Positions 9,674 through 18,501 of a DNA stretch of 32,000 nucleotides are shown here, piece after piece. The notes under the pieces were generated by a model that ran no database searches, was not told the origin of the DNA, and was given only the letters and a program-made list of their open reading frames with translations. The DNA lies in the NCBI RefSeq assembly GCF_000981785.2, contig NZ_CP011304.1, positions 870,001-902,000 of the forward strand, in the 5' to 3' direction. This DNA comes from Microcystis aeruginosa NIES-2549. Its GTDB lineage: Bacteria; Cyanobacteriota; Cyanobacteriia; Cyanobacteriales; Microcystaceae. Position 1 is the first letter of the stretch. Every line of letters starts with the position of its first letter. Both the position numbers and the translations under genes were made by a program.

Positions 9674-9703
9674 TTTTTCGGGTGGGCATTGCCCACCCTT
9701 TTT
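9674..9703 (+). terminator. Rho-independent terminator after petH
   Basis: Perfect 8-bp GC-rich stem gggtgggc (9680-9687) / gcccaccc (9691-9698) with a 3-nt loop. T-runs lie on both sides (9673-9678 and 9699-9703). Confidence 0.75.
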
Positions 9704-9749
9704 GTCTTGGTTTCGGTTAAGATCGGTTTTTTAAAAGACCTTTAAAAAG

Positions 9750-10592
9750 ATGAAATTCTCTCGACGCTTTTTTACCGTTTTCCTTGCCCTCTGCCTACTG
9801 TTTATTTTGCTGCCCCGGGCCTGGAGTTTTACTAATAGCCAAAAAGCAATTCTTGCCGATCTAAAAACAGCCGAGATTATTTATCTGGGGGAAAGGCACG
9901 ATAGCCAAGCCGACCATCAGGCCCAATTAGCTATTATCGAGTATTTACAGGCTAATAATCCCCAAATAGCGATCGCTTTTGAGATGTTTCAACGTCCTTA
10001 CCAAATCTATTTGGATCAGTATTTAGCCGGCAAAATTAGCGAAAATCAGTTGAGAGAAAAAAGTGAATACGACCAACGTTGGGGATTTGATTGGGAATTT
10101 TACGCCCCGATCCTACGCTTGGCCAAGGCGAAAAAACTACCATTGATCGCCCTAAATACACCCACGGAAATCACTAGAAAAGTGGCACGAGAGGGATTAG
10201 AAAGCCTCTCCACCTCAGAAATGACCTACATTCCCCCTAAAAGCGAAATAAACCAGGATAACGAGGAGTACCGTCAACAGATCTTAGCCGTTTATCAGCA
10301 ACACACGGGGGGCAAAAGTCAGGGATTCGAGCGCTTTTTTCTGGCACAGGTCCTCTGGGATGAGACCATGGCCGATGCGATCGCTAAATTCTGGCAAGCT
10401 TATCCCGAATATCAGATCATCGTCCTAGCAGGAAAAGGTCATATTGCCTACGGTTACGGCATTCCCAGTCGAGTCCAAAGAAGATTAGGCGATCGCGTCA
10501 GCCAGCGCTCGGTTTTCTTAGGAAACACTCCTCAATCATCACCGGAAGAAACCAAAAAACCCGCCGATTATTTTTGGCAAGGGCAAAATTAA
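9750..10592 (+). CDS. ChaN-family (DUF399, haem-binding-uptake/Tiki-like) exported protein
   Basis: Signal peptide MKFSRRFFTVFLALCLLFILLPRAWS. The motifs YLGERHD, IAFEMF and LAGKGH are typical of the ChaN family. Confidence 0.65.
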   Translation: MKFSRRFFTVFLALCLLFILLPRAWSFTNSQKAILADLKTAEIIYLGERHDSQADHQAQLAIIEYLQANNPQIAIAFEMFQRPYQIYLDQYLAGKISENQLREKSEYDQRWGFDWEFYAPILRLAKAKKLPLIALNTPTEITRKVAREGLESLSTSEMTYIPPKSEINQDNEEYRQQILAVYQQHTGGKSQGFERFFLAQVLWDETMADAIAKFWQAYPEYQIIVLAGKGHIAYGYGIPSRVQRRLGDRVSQRSVFLGNTPQSSPEETKKPADYFWQGQN

Positions 10593-10684
10593 GCCAGTCA
10601 GGAGCTAGGAAGCAAGGGATGATAAGCTAAGAAGCCAGTCTTTAAATTTAGTGGATAATAAGTCTGAAAAACTGAGGCTATTTT

Positions 10685-11560
10685 ATGATTAATTTAACCT
10701 GTCAAGATACCGAAACACTCGATCGCATTTTAGCTGTGACTCGTGCCGTGGGTTGGGGTGGTGCTAAAATTCTCCAATCCTACCACCGGGGTGAACAGGA
10801 TTTAGCCGTCAACGAGGAAAAAAAAGGCGGGCCGGTGACGGCGGCGGATTTAGCGGCAAATCACTATATTTTAGGGGAATTACAAGCAAATTTTTCTGAT
10901 ATCGACTTTGGTTATCTAAGCGAGGAAACCCATCAGGGTAATGAAGCTATCCCGAAAGATTGGGTATGGATTATCGATCCTTTGGACGGAACCCGCGATT
11001 TTATCGACAAAACGGGAGAATATGCCCTACATATCGCCTTATGTTATCAAGGAAGACCGATCATCGCCGTGGTTGCCCTACCGGATCAAGAAAAACTCTA
11101 TTTTGCCCAAAAAGGAAAAGGTACTTTTCTAGAAACTAGCGACGGAAATATTACACAGGTAAAAGTTGCCAATAAAGATAAAATTACCGATCTCTATCTG
11201 GTAGTTAGTCGTACCCATCGTGACCAACGTTTTGATAATTTATTAAGTCAAATACCCTTCTTCGGTAAAAATTATGTGGGTAGTGTGGGCTGTAAAATTG
11301 CCACGATCCTCGAACAAAAATCCGATGTTTATATCTCCCTATCGGGAAAATCGGCGGCTAAAGACTGGGATTTTGCCGCTCCAGAGTTGATTTTAACGGA
11401 AGCAGGCGGCAAATTCTCCTATTTTGACGGTCAACCCGTGCGCTATAATCGCGGCGATGTGCGGCAATGGGGGGGGATCATGGCCAGTAATGGTCCTTGT
11501 CATCAACAACTTTGTCAGTTGTCCACGGCAATCCTCGCCCAAATTGATGCCACTGTCTAA
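10685..11560 (+). CDS. cysQ: 3'(2'),5'-bisphosphate nucleotidase / inositol-monophosphatase-family protein (CysQ-like)
   Basis: IMPase-fold motifs SEE...(78-82), WIIDPLDGTRDF and AAKDWDFAAPELIL. Substrate assignment is by family resemblance only. Confidence 0.65.
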   Translation: MINLTCQDTETLDRILAVTRAVGWGGAKILQSYHRGEQDLAVNEEKKGGPVTAADLAANHYILGELQANFSDIDFGYLSEETHQGNEAIPKDWVWIIDPLDGTRDFIDKTGEYALHIALCYQGRPIIAVVALPDQEKLYFAQKGKGTFLETSDGNITQVKVANKDKITDLYLVVSRTHRDQRFDNLLSQIPFFGKNYVGSVGCKIATILEQKSDVYISLSGKSAAKDWDFAAPELILTEAGGKFSYFDGQPVRYNRGDVRQWGGIMASNGPCHQQLCQLSTAILAQIDATV

Positions 11561-11579
11561 TTTCTGCTCTCTTATTCTT

Positions 11580-11708
11580 TGTGTGATCGGTTTAACTTAT
11601 ATAGGAGCGATCAATCTTTGTGTCCTTTGTGTCTTTGTGGTTCGTTCTAGTCCTTCGCCGGCGGTACTGTATCTTAGAATACATTTTACCCACCAAACCC
11701 AAGAGAGC
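11580..11708 (+). repeat. Dispersed ~125-130-nt intergenic repeat, copy A
   Basis: Same-orientation match to 27031-27154. Identical blocks are 11616-11647 = 27063-27094 (32 nt) and 11675-11699 = 27122-27146 (25 nt). It lies 20 nt after the cysQ-like stop. Confidence 0.9.
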
Positions 11709-11772
11709 TTAATTTCTGCCCCCCTAACCGAGAATCAGAGATCGGTAGAATGGAAAAAAACCAGATCGAGCA

Positions 11773-13644
11773 ATGTTACGGTTAAAAACTTGGCAAGGGT
11801 TGATTTTAGCAGTTCCGATCGCCGCCGTGGTCATCTTTCTGATCGTGGCCGCCAGTGTCCAGATCAATCAATGGGGTTTGAATTGGATTTGGGCAGTTTT
11901 TACCCTGATTTTTGTGGCTTGGCGCTTCCTGTTGGTCAAATGGACGCGCCCAGCAGTCGGGGAAATTGAAGCCACCATTGGGGAAATTAAGGCAGAATTA
12001 ACCCCTCCCGACGGTGATTCCGGGGGCAATGTCGAGGAAATTATCGAGAGGATTATCGTCGAGGCCCGCAATGATCGCCCGGTTTGGGAAGATTGGGCGA
12101 CTTTTTGGCAACGCTGTCAGGATTTGGTCAGTGCCATCGCTCATATATATTACCCCGATGTCAAGTACCCCTTATTAAATATTTACATTCCCCAGGCCTA
12201 CGGTTTAATTCGGGGAACTGTGGATGATAGCGATCGCTGGATGCAGAATCTTTCCCCGGCCCTGAATCAAATCACCATCGGGCAAGCCTATCAGGCCTAC
12301 GAAGTTTATCAAAAATTGCAACCCTCGGCCCAGAAACTTTGGCAGGTCTGGAATTGGGCGCAATGGGTGATCAATCCCGCTGCGGCTGTGGCTAAAGTTG
12401 CTAGTCAAAAGTACAGCGATCGAGCGGATCAGCAATTATTAGTCAATTTAGGGCAAGTTTTGCGGGAAAATGCCCTAAGAAATCTCTCTCGCCAAGCGGT
12501 GTTACTCTACAGTGGCGGTAATCTCGCCCCAACTCTCCCCACCAAGACCAAAATCGCCACCACTACTCTCAAGGAAATTCTCGCCCAAGCTGAACCGATC
12601 ACGGAAATCGATCGCCAACCGGTTAACATTCTGCTGGTTGGACGCACCGGGGCCGGCAAAAGCAGTTTAATCAATACTCTCTTTCGGGCAGATTTAGCCC
12701 AAGTGGATCTATTGCCCAGTACCGATGCCATCCAATCCTACCATTGGCAAACCCCAGAAGGGGACGAGTTAATCCTCTGGGATACTCCGGGCTATGAACA
12801 GGCAAATCGGGCTGATGATCGGCAAAAGGTTCTAAATTATGCCAAAAACGCCGATTTATTGATTCTTGTCACCCCCGCCCTCGATCCCGCCCTGGCCATG
12901 GATGAGGCTTTTCTTAAAGATTTGCAACAAACTATTGACAATTTACCAGTTATAGTCTGTGTTTCTCAAGTTGATCGCCTGCGTCCGGTGCGAGAGTGGC
13001 AACCTCCCTATAATTGGCTGACGGGAGAAAGTCCCAAAGAAGTCAATATCCGCGAATGCTTGCAGTATCGGGCGGAATTATTCGAGGATCTCTGCGATCG
13101 CATTTTGCCGATGGTCAGTCAACAGCCAGATAGAGAAGCTTGGGGGGATGAGGAGTTATCAATCGCTTTACTGGGGGCAATTTCACCCGCAAAACAGTTG
13201 CGTTTAGCCCGTTTTTTAGCGGATTTGGAAACTCGAACCCTGGCAGCGGCGAAAATAATCGATCGCTATACTTTACAGATGGCCACGGGACAAGGTTTAA
13301 CGGCCCTATTAAAAAGTCCTATTCTAGGTTTTATCTCCACTTTAGCCACGGGAAGACCGACTTTAGCCTATCTTTTAGCTGAACAAATTCCTGTGGAACA
13401 ATTACCAGTAGCGATCGGTAAATTACAGATGGCCTACGAGCTTTCTTCTCTCTTAAATACGGAGAATAAAAGTTTTGATTTATTGGCACTTTGGCCAATA
13501 CTATTAGAAAATTCTAGCACTGCTGACAAGGAAGCTTGGGCCTGGGGTCATGCTCTGGTAGAATATTGGACAAAGAACCTATCGATCGAACAGTTCCGGT
13601 CAAGTTATCAGGGGTATTTAGAGACGATAAAAACAGGCCTGTAG
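11773..13644 (+). CDS. Membrane-anchored GTPase-domain protein (cyanobacterial DUF697/YcjF-like GTP-binding family)
   Basis: 623 aa with N-terminal hydrophobic helices (LILAVPIAAVVIFLIVAA, IWAVFTLIFVAWRFLLV). GTPase motifs are P-loop GRTGAGKSS, G3 WDTPGY and a G4-like SQVD. Confidence 0.7.
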   Translation: MLRLKTWQGLILAVPIAAVVIFLIVAASVQINQWGLNWIWAVFTLIFVAWRFLLVKWTRPAVGEIEATIGEIKAELTPPDGDSGGNVEEIIERIIVEARNDRPVWEDWATFWQRCQDLVSAIAHIYYPDVKYPLLNIYIPQAYGLIRGTVDDSDRWMQNLSPALNQITIGQAYQAYEVYQKLQPSAQKLWQVWNWAQWVINPAAAVAKVASQKYSDRADQQLLVNLGQVLRENALRNLSRQAVLLYSGGNLAPTLPTKTKIATTTLKEILAQAEPITEIDRQPVNILLVGRTGAGKSSLINTLFRADLAQVDLLPSTDAIQSYHWQTPEGDELILWDTPGYEQANRADDRQKVLNYAKNADLLILVTPALDPALAMDEAFLKDLQQTIDNLPVIVCVSQVDRLRPVREWQPPYNWLTGESPKEVNIRECLQYRAELFEDLCDRILPMVSQQPDREAWGDEELSIALLGAISPAKQLRLARFLADLETRTLAAAKIIDRYTLQMATGQGLTALLKSPILGFISTLATGRPTLAYLLAEQIPVEQLPVAIGKLQMAYELSSLLNTENKSFDLLALWPILLENSSTADKEAWAWGHALVEYWTKNLSIEQFRSSYQGYLETIKTGL

Positions 13645-13675
13645 CCAGATTAATTAAGCTAAAACTTTATTCCAC

Positions 13676-13701
13676 TTCAAAAGTATAGGAAAGTGGGGAG
13701 G
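13676..13701. repeat. 26-nt imperfect direct repeat flanking the AT-rich cassette, copy 1
   Basis: ttcaaaagtataggaaagtggggagg versus ttaaaaagtatagaaaagtaggcagg at 14738-14763. 22 of 26 positions match, with no gaps. Confidence 0.7.
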
Positions 13702-13892
13702 AGAGGTTTCTGGGTTTGAGATTTCTGGCCCTTGTACTAAAATTCCTCAGTGGGCAGTTTAAATGCAGTGCAGCTTAGATAGGTACGGGAATAAAATAAT
13801 TACTCAAATCTTTGTTTTTAGGTGTGTTATCGCAGAATAATATACCTTGTTTGATCAATATTTTTTTGGGTTTCTATGTCGCTATAACAATG

Positions 13893-14666
13893 CTAGATAT
13901 CATCTAAAAGATGGTTCAATTGACCTCTCAACAAATCTAGTTTCTGATTAGCCTTTTCAAGTTGAAGACTCAGTTTTTTTATTTCCGACTCTTGAAGCCT
14001 TATCTTTTCAGAAAGATCGTCTATCTCTTGTTTGCAAGAGTCTAGATATCCACTTTTTATGATCTCAATGACATCAAAGTAAGAAATTTTTTGATCATTC
14101 ATAAAGCAATATATTTGACATATTTGCTCTAAATTCGATAGTAGAAAATCCTTTTTAAATATATCTGAAAATGACATTATACTGGACACGTCAAAACTTT
14201 TGTGTCTCAGGGAAAGGATAAGTTTTTCGATATTTTGATGATTATTGGAAAAAGTGTCACTTGAAAATATTTCTATAAATTTACTGATTTCTATTTTCTT
14301 GCTTTCTAAGAACAATAACAATTTTAGAGTTTTTCTCTTTATTCGTATTTTTAGATATTCTGCAATCTCAAGGTTATATTTTTGTTCAAAAACAAATTCC
14401 AATAGATCTTTAAATGTAACTATTTTTTTAGATCCTTCATAGTATGGAATTTCTATGTCAAATTCCTGCTCTATTTGCATCAAGAGTTCTAATGAAGATA
14501 ATTCAGAACGATAATTGTTGACAAAGACAAAATCTAAAACTGGCTGAGGTATTTCAGAAACTTCAAATACTTCTATCACAATATTATAAATTCTTGAATA
14601 AATATCTTCATAAGTTTTATTGTTCATATCCATAATTATAACTATTTTGCTTGTGTTAAAGGTCAT
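13893..14666 (-). CDS. Hypothetical protein in an AT-rich cassette, with an N-terminal carrier-protein-like segment and a C-terminal coiled coil
   Basis: 257-aa ORF with alternative starts at Met12 and Met14. It is visibly much more AT-rich than all neighbouring genes. Residues ~15-95 resemble an acyl-carrier fold (ELSSLELLMQIEQEFDIEIP..VTFKDLLEFV). The C-terminal heptad-like stretch is LSEKIRLQESEIKKLSLQLEKANQKLDLLRGQL. Confidence 0.55.
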   Translation of the reverse strand: MTFNTSKIVIIMDMNNKTYEDIYSRIYNIVIEVFEVSEIPQPVLDFVFVNNYRSELSSLELLMQIEQEFDIEIPYYEGSKKIVTFKDLLEFVFEQKYNLEIAEYLKIRIKRKTLKLLLFLESKKIEISKFIEIFSSDTFSNNHQNIEKLILSLRHKSFDVSSIMSFSDIFKKDFLLSNLEQICQIYCFMNDQKISYFDVIEIIKSGYLDSCKQEIDDLSEKIRLQESEIKKLSLQLEKANQKLDLLRGQLNHLLDDI

Positions 14667-14685
14667 CCAATGATAGACTGTCTTG

Positions 14686-14714
14686 ATTGTAGCATTTTTA
14701 TTAAACTAATGCAA
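14686..14714 (-). promoter_or_regulatory. Candidate extended -10 promoter of the AT-rich ORF
   Basis: The minus strand reads TTGCAT (complement of 14709-14714), a 17-nt spacer, then TGcTACAAT (complement of 14686-14694). It ends 20 nt upstream of the ATG at 14666. Confidence 0.4.
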
Positions 14715-14737
14715 GCACAAGTAATACTCAACCCTGT

Positions 14738-14763
14738 TTAAAAAGTATAGAAAAGTAGGCAGG
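14738..14763. repeat. 26-nt imperfect direct repeat flanking the AT-rich cassette, copy 2
   Basis: See 13676-13701. Confidence 0.7.
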
Positions 14764-14809
14764 GTGGAACGGTAGGCGAGTGGACAGATTTGGTATAATG
14801 CTTCAGCAA

Positions 14810-14995
14810 TTATTGAGATGTTAATTTATTGTAAGCAGGAATAATCGCCGCATTTTCCCAATCATCATCAAAAGGAAGTGCATCGGGATCTGACAAAGCA
14901 TTAGCCTCGATTTCTAGATCACCCATCGATTTAACTCGCTTCCAATCGGTTAAATTATTAATATCTGGGGGATTATTTGTTATATTTATCCTTCC
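14810..14995 (-). pseudogene. DUF4415 (BrnA-antitoxin-like) remnant
   Basis: The open frame GRINITNNPPDINNLTDWKRVKSMGDLEIEANALSDPDALPFDDDWENAAIIPAYNKLTSQ carries the DUF4415-type TDW..V..M.D.EI......DPDA.P motif. The only in-frame ATG (14926) falls inside the motif. No BrnT-like partner is recognisable upstream. Confidence 0.4.
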
Positions 14996-15112
14996 TCAAG
15001 CTAGTCTTTCCAGATGCTTTGGCCAGTGCAGAACTACAGTGATATACTAAGGATAACTTGATCAATACTTTCTAGGGAGATTTTGCTATCAATTCCCAGA
15101 AAGTATCGGGGT

Positions 15113-15979
15113 TTAGGTTTTGCGTCCGAGAAAATTAATAATCTGGGGACTAATTTCTTTTGACCAATGTTCTTGGGGATAGTGTTTTGCTTCCGCGAGG
15201 GAGATTAATTCCACTCCTGATTTAGTAGCTAATTTTTCAACAGTGACAGAAGATAACCAAGGATCGGCCATTCCCCAGACAAAAAGGATAGGTTTTTCAA
15301 AGTTCTCTAAACCTGTCTCAATTTCTGCCATAGTTTTCGATAGGTTTAAATTGCGAATCGTGGCCACCAAAGCGCGACCCACTGCCGAAGTTTTTAGATA
15401 AGGTTGACGGAAAATAGCCAGATCTGCATCACTAATCACAAAACCGCTACCGGTTTCTAAAGTACGATCGACTAATAAGGGGTCTTGAGTTGCCATATCT
15501 CCGAGGAAAGGTAGCCCCCATTGTTTCATTATCCAGGGTAATTTAACATCACTGGAGAGGGGAGTATTTAAAACGATCAAGCGCTCAATTTTATCGGGAT
15601 TTTCTAGGGCGTATTGTAAACCGACGGAGGCTAAAAAACCCTGGACAATGAGGGAGATTTTCGGCAATTGGAGAGCTTGAATAAAATCGGCCAAGGCTTG
15701 ACAAAAAGCGCTAGGTGTGTAGGCGAAATCTCTGGCATCGGGTTTAGCGGATAAACCGGAACCGATCCAATCGGGGGCAATGGCATTAATGTTATATTCT
15801 TCTAAACTGGTCAATAATTCCCGCCAAATATAGCCATGGGCGGGTAAACCATGGAGTAGGATCACGGGGGTTGTGTCCGGTTGTTGAGCGGGGTTAACCT
15901 GTCGATAAAACCACTTGAGAGAGCCGACTTCGAGAAAACTTTCTAAAATAGCCATGGTTAATGGGGGATTAATAATCAT
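15113..15979 (-). CDS. Alpha/beta-hydrolase-fold protein (haloalkane-dehalogenase-like subfamily), apparently lacking the nucleophile
   Basis: HG oxyanion motif LLHGLPAHGYIW and C-terminal His motif AKHYPQEH. The nucleophile elbow reads LIVQGFLASVG, with Gly114 (15638-15640) where Asp or Ser is expected. The start may instead be Met9. Confidence 0.7.
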   Translation of the reverse strand: MIINPPLTMAILESFLEVGSLKWFYRQVNPAQQPDTTPVILLHGLPAHGYIWRELLTSLEEYNINAIAPDWIGSGLSAKPDARDFAYTPSAFCQALADFIQALQLPKISLIVQGFLASVGLQYALENPDKIERLIVLNTPLSSDVKLPWIMKQWGLPFLGDMATQDPLLVDRTLETGSGFVISDADLAIFRQPYLKTSAVGRALVATIRNLNLSKTMAEIETGLENFEKPILFVWGMADPWLSSVTVEKLATKSGVELISLAEAKHYPQEHWSKEISPQIINFLGRKT

Positions 15980-16036
15980 TAACCATTGTCTAACGTCTAG
16001 GAACCGATCGCACCGGCAAATTTCCCACCCCGGCAG

Positions 16037-16858
16037 TTATAGGGAGCTTGCGTCGAGACTTTGTGCTTCTCCGGGGGTTAAGGGTAAATGAAGACCGCAT
16101 TCTTGTTTTAAACCCTTGAAACGGGTGTCTCGTTCGTTGCTATCATCGGCGGTTAAAGGCCGACTGGAGTGCCAATCGCCGACGGAGACATAACCCAGAT
16201 CAAAATAGGGATGGTAGGGGAGATCGTATTTAGTCAGATACTGGTATATGGTTTTGGCATTCCAGTCAAGGATCGGTAATATTTTGTAACGTTCGCCCTG
16301 TTGATTGACCCATTGGAGAGTTTTGCGGTGGTCGGTTTGGTCGCGACGTAAACCCGCTAACCAAGCGGTGGCCTTTAATTCCTTCAGGGCCCGTTGCATC
16401 GGCTCCACCTTGCGGATTTTGTCGTAGAGATTGAGGGAGTCGAGATCGTTATTTGACCACAGTTTACCGTGGATTGCTTCCATGCGGGCGGGACTGAGGG
16501 GAGATTGATAAACTTTCAGGTTTAAATGGAGGCGTTGGCTTAAGTCTTCGGCAAATTGATAGGTTTCCGGGGGAAGATAGCCGGTATCGATCCAAATGAC
16601 GGGAATATCGGGGATAATTGCGGTGACGAGGTGCAACATTACTGCCGCTTGAATGCCGAAACTGGTACTCATCACCAAACCTTCCCCAAAGGTGGCCGCG
16701 GCCCAAGCGACGATTTCTGCGGCGTTAGCGGAGTCAAAACGTTGATTAATTGTGGCCAGGTCGAGGGATAGAGGGTAGGAAAAAGACCGGTCGGCAGTGG
16801 CGATGAAGGCGGTTTCTAGGGCCTGTGGATGAGAATTAAGCAAGTGTAAATCTGGCAT
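16037..16858 (-). CDS. cysH: Phosphoadenosine phosphosulfate (PAPS) reductase
   Basis: 273 aa with the C-terminal KQECGLH motif. The CC...CxxC iron-sulfur motifs of APS reductases are absent (IRKVEPM and VSVGDWHSS occupy those positions). Confidence 0.85.
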   Translation of the reverse strand: MPDLHLLNSHPQALETAFIATADRSFSYPLSLDLATINQRFDSANAAEIVAWAAATFGEGLVMSTSFGIQAAVMLHLVTAIIPDIPVIWIDTGYLPPETYQFAEDLSQRLHLNLKVYQSPLSPARMEAIHGKLWSNNDLDSLNLYDKIRKVEPMQRALKELKATAWLAGLRRDQTDHRKTLQWVNQQGERYKILPILDWNAKTIYQYLTKYDLPYHPYFDLGYVSVGDWHSSRPLTADDSNERDTRFKGLKQECGLHLPLTPGEAQSLDASSL

Positions 16859-17100
16859 TCTGGCTAAGATTTAAGGTGTACAGTAGCGGCGGATACTGAT
16901 AGAGTCCAATCTATCCCTGTGATTGGATTATAGCATTGGGCCATCGACCCGCTCTAGCTATTCCTTTTCCTTTCCAGAGTCTGGTTATTCGATCGAGGAT
17001 AATGGAACTATCAGGCCTCAATTGTATCTTAGTCGCTGATTTTAGGATAATTGGCCCCTCAGCCCCGCTACTGCTAGAAAAGTTACTATTTAGTAATTCT

Positions 17101-17901
17101 TTACTTTAAGTTAAGAAACTTATCTAAGGCTAGAACCATATTCGGCGGCCAACGACGCACGCTTTTTACCCAATCAAGGTCTTGATAGCGGGTATCCATG
17201 CCAACGGCGGCCACCCAATTGCTTTCCGCTTCTCCCTGTTGTCCTTGGGTCCATAAAACGGCGCTTAAGGCGGCTCTGACATCGGGGAACATGGGGTATT
17301 TGCGGGCAATATTCCGCATTTTTTGGACTGCTTCGGGATATCTGCCCAATTCGTACAGGGCCAGGGCCAGATTAGCTTGCGCCCAGGCAAAATTCGGGGC
17401 CAGTTGAGTGGCTTGGCGATAGTCTTTGACGGCGGCTTCCCAGTCCCCTAAACCGCCTTCGGCGTTGCCGCGATTGTTATAGGCAAAGGCATCATTGGGA
17501 TCTAGTTCTAAAACTTTATTATAATCGGCGATCGCTTCTTGATATTTGCCTTCTCCCTCTAAAGCGGTGCCGCGATTGAGGTAGGGATCGGGGGCATCGG
17601 GGGCAATGGCGATCGCTTGGTTAAAATCAGCGATCGCATCCTCTAATTTATTGAGGCTGACTCTGGCATTGCCGCGATTACTCCAGACGGCGGGGTTAGT
17701 GGGGAATTTGGCGACTAATTCGGTCCAATAGTTTTCGGCCTGGGCGTAATCGCCTTTTTCTGTGGCTTCTAGGGCTTTTTCGGCGATAACTTCCCCTTCT
17801 CTAATCTGTTCTTCGCTAATAGTCGGGCTATCGGCATAAGCCGCTATGGGTAGGGCAAAAAAGAGCAATAGACTCAATACACAAGCGGTGATCCAACGCA
17901 T
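17101..17901 (-). CDS. Exported tetratricopeptide (TPR) repeat protein
   Basis: Signal peptide MRWITACVLSLLLFFALPIAAYA, followed by at least five TPR units (A..Y...G.....A..D...A....P motifs). Confidence 0.75.
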   Translation of the reverse strand: MRWITACVLSLLLFFALPIAAYADSPTISEEQIREGEVIAEKALEATEKGDYAQAENYWTELVAKFPTNPAVWSNRGNARVSLNKLEDAIADFNQAIAIAPDAPDPYLNRGTALEGEGKYQEAIADYNKVLELDPNDAFAYNNRGNAEGGLGDWEAAVKDYRQATQLAPNFAWAQANLALALYELGRYPEAVQKMRNIARKYPMFPDVRAALSAVLWTQGQQGEAESNWVAAVGMDTRYQDLDWVKSVRRWPPNMVLALDKFLNLK

Positions 17902-17943
17902 AATTACTTCATAATTTGTTACTTAATCTTTTCTCAATCTACC

Positions 17944-18477
17944 CTACTTAGGTGAACTCTGCCCTAGATAGTCTTGATAGCCTAGTCGTTGAAGATTGCT
18001 TTGTTTTTCGAGGACGGAATCGGTGAGGGATTGACGATAGGCGATAACTTGCTCTAAAAGATCAGCATTACCAGTGGCGAGAATTTGAACCGCTAAAAGT
18101 CCGGCATTTTTGGCATTACCGATCGCCACCGTGGCCACGGGAATGCCTGCGGGCATCTGTACAATTGAATAGAGAGAGTCTAACCCTTGTAAAGTGCGCG
18201 TGACTACGGGAACTCCAATCACGGGTAAGGGGGTTAAAGATGCCACCATCCCGGGTAAATGGGCAGCGCCGCCGGCTCCGGCGATAATCACTTTTATTCC
18301 CCTTAAATGAGCGTTTTTGCCGTATTCAAACATTTTTTCGGGGGTACGATGGGCTGAGACGATGGCGACTTCGTGGCTAATCTGAAAAACCTCTAAGACT
18401 GCGATCGCTTCTTTCATGGTGGGTAAGTCGGAATCACTGCCCATAATCACACCCACTAGGGGCGCTGCTGTCACCAT
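17944..18477 (-). CDS. purE: N5-carboxyaminoimidazole ribonucleotide mutase
   Basis: 177 aa with [20 protein letters not shown] and [13 protein letters not shown], which are typical of class I PurE. Confidence 0.9.
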   Translation of the reverse strand: MVTAAPLVGVIMGSDSDLPTMKEAIAVLEVFQISHEVAIVSAHRTPEKMFEYGKNAHLRGIKVIIAGAGGAAHLPGMVASLTPLPVIGVPVVTRTLQGLDSLYSIVQMPAGIPVATVAIGNAKNAGLLAVQILATGNADLLEQVIAYRQSLTDSVLEKQSNLQRLGYQDYLGQSSPK

Positions 18478-18501
18478 AGTTACTAGAAAATAATATTTCC
18501 C

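Noticed and set aside
11424-11969. 181-aa + strand ORF from the track
   Set aside because: It starts inside the cysQ-like gene in another frame, reads through the dispersed intergenic repeat and ends inside the GTPase gene. It is an artefact of stop-poor repeat sequence.
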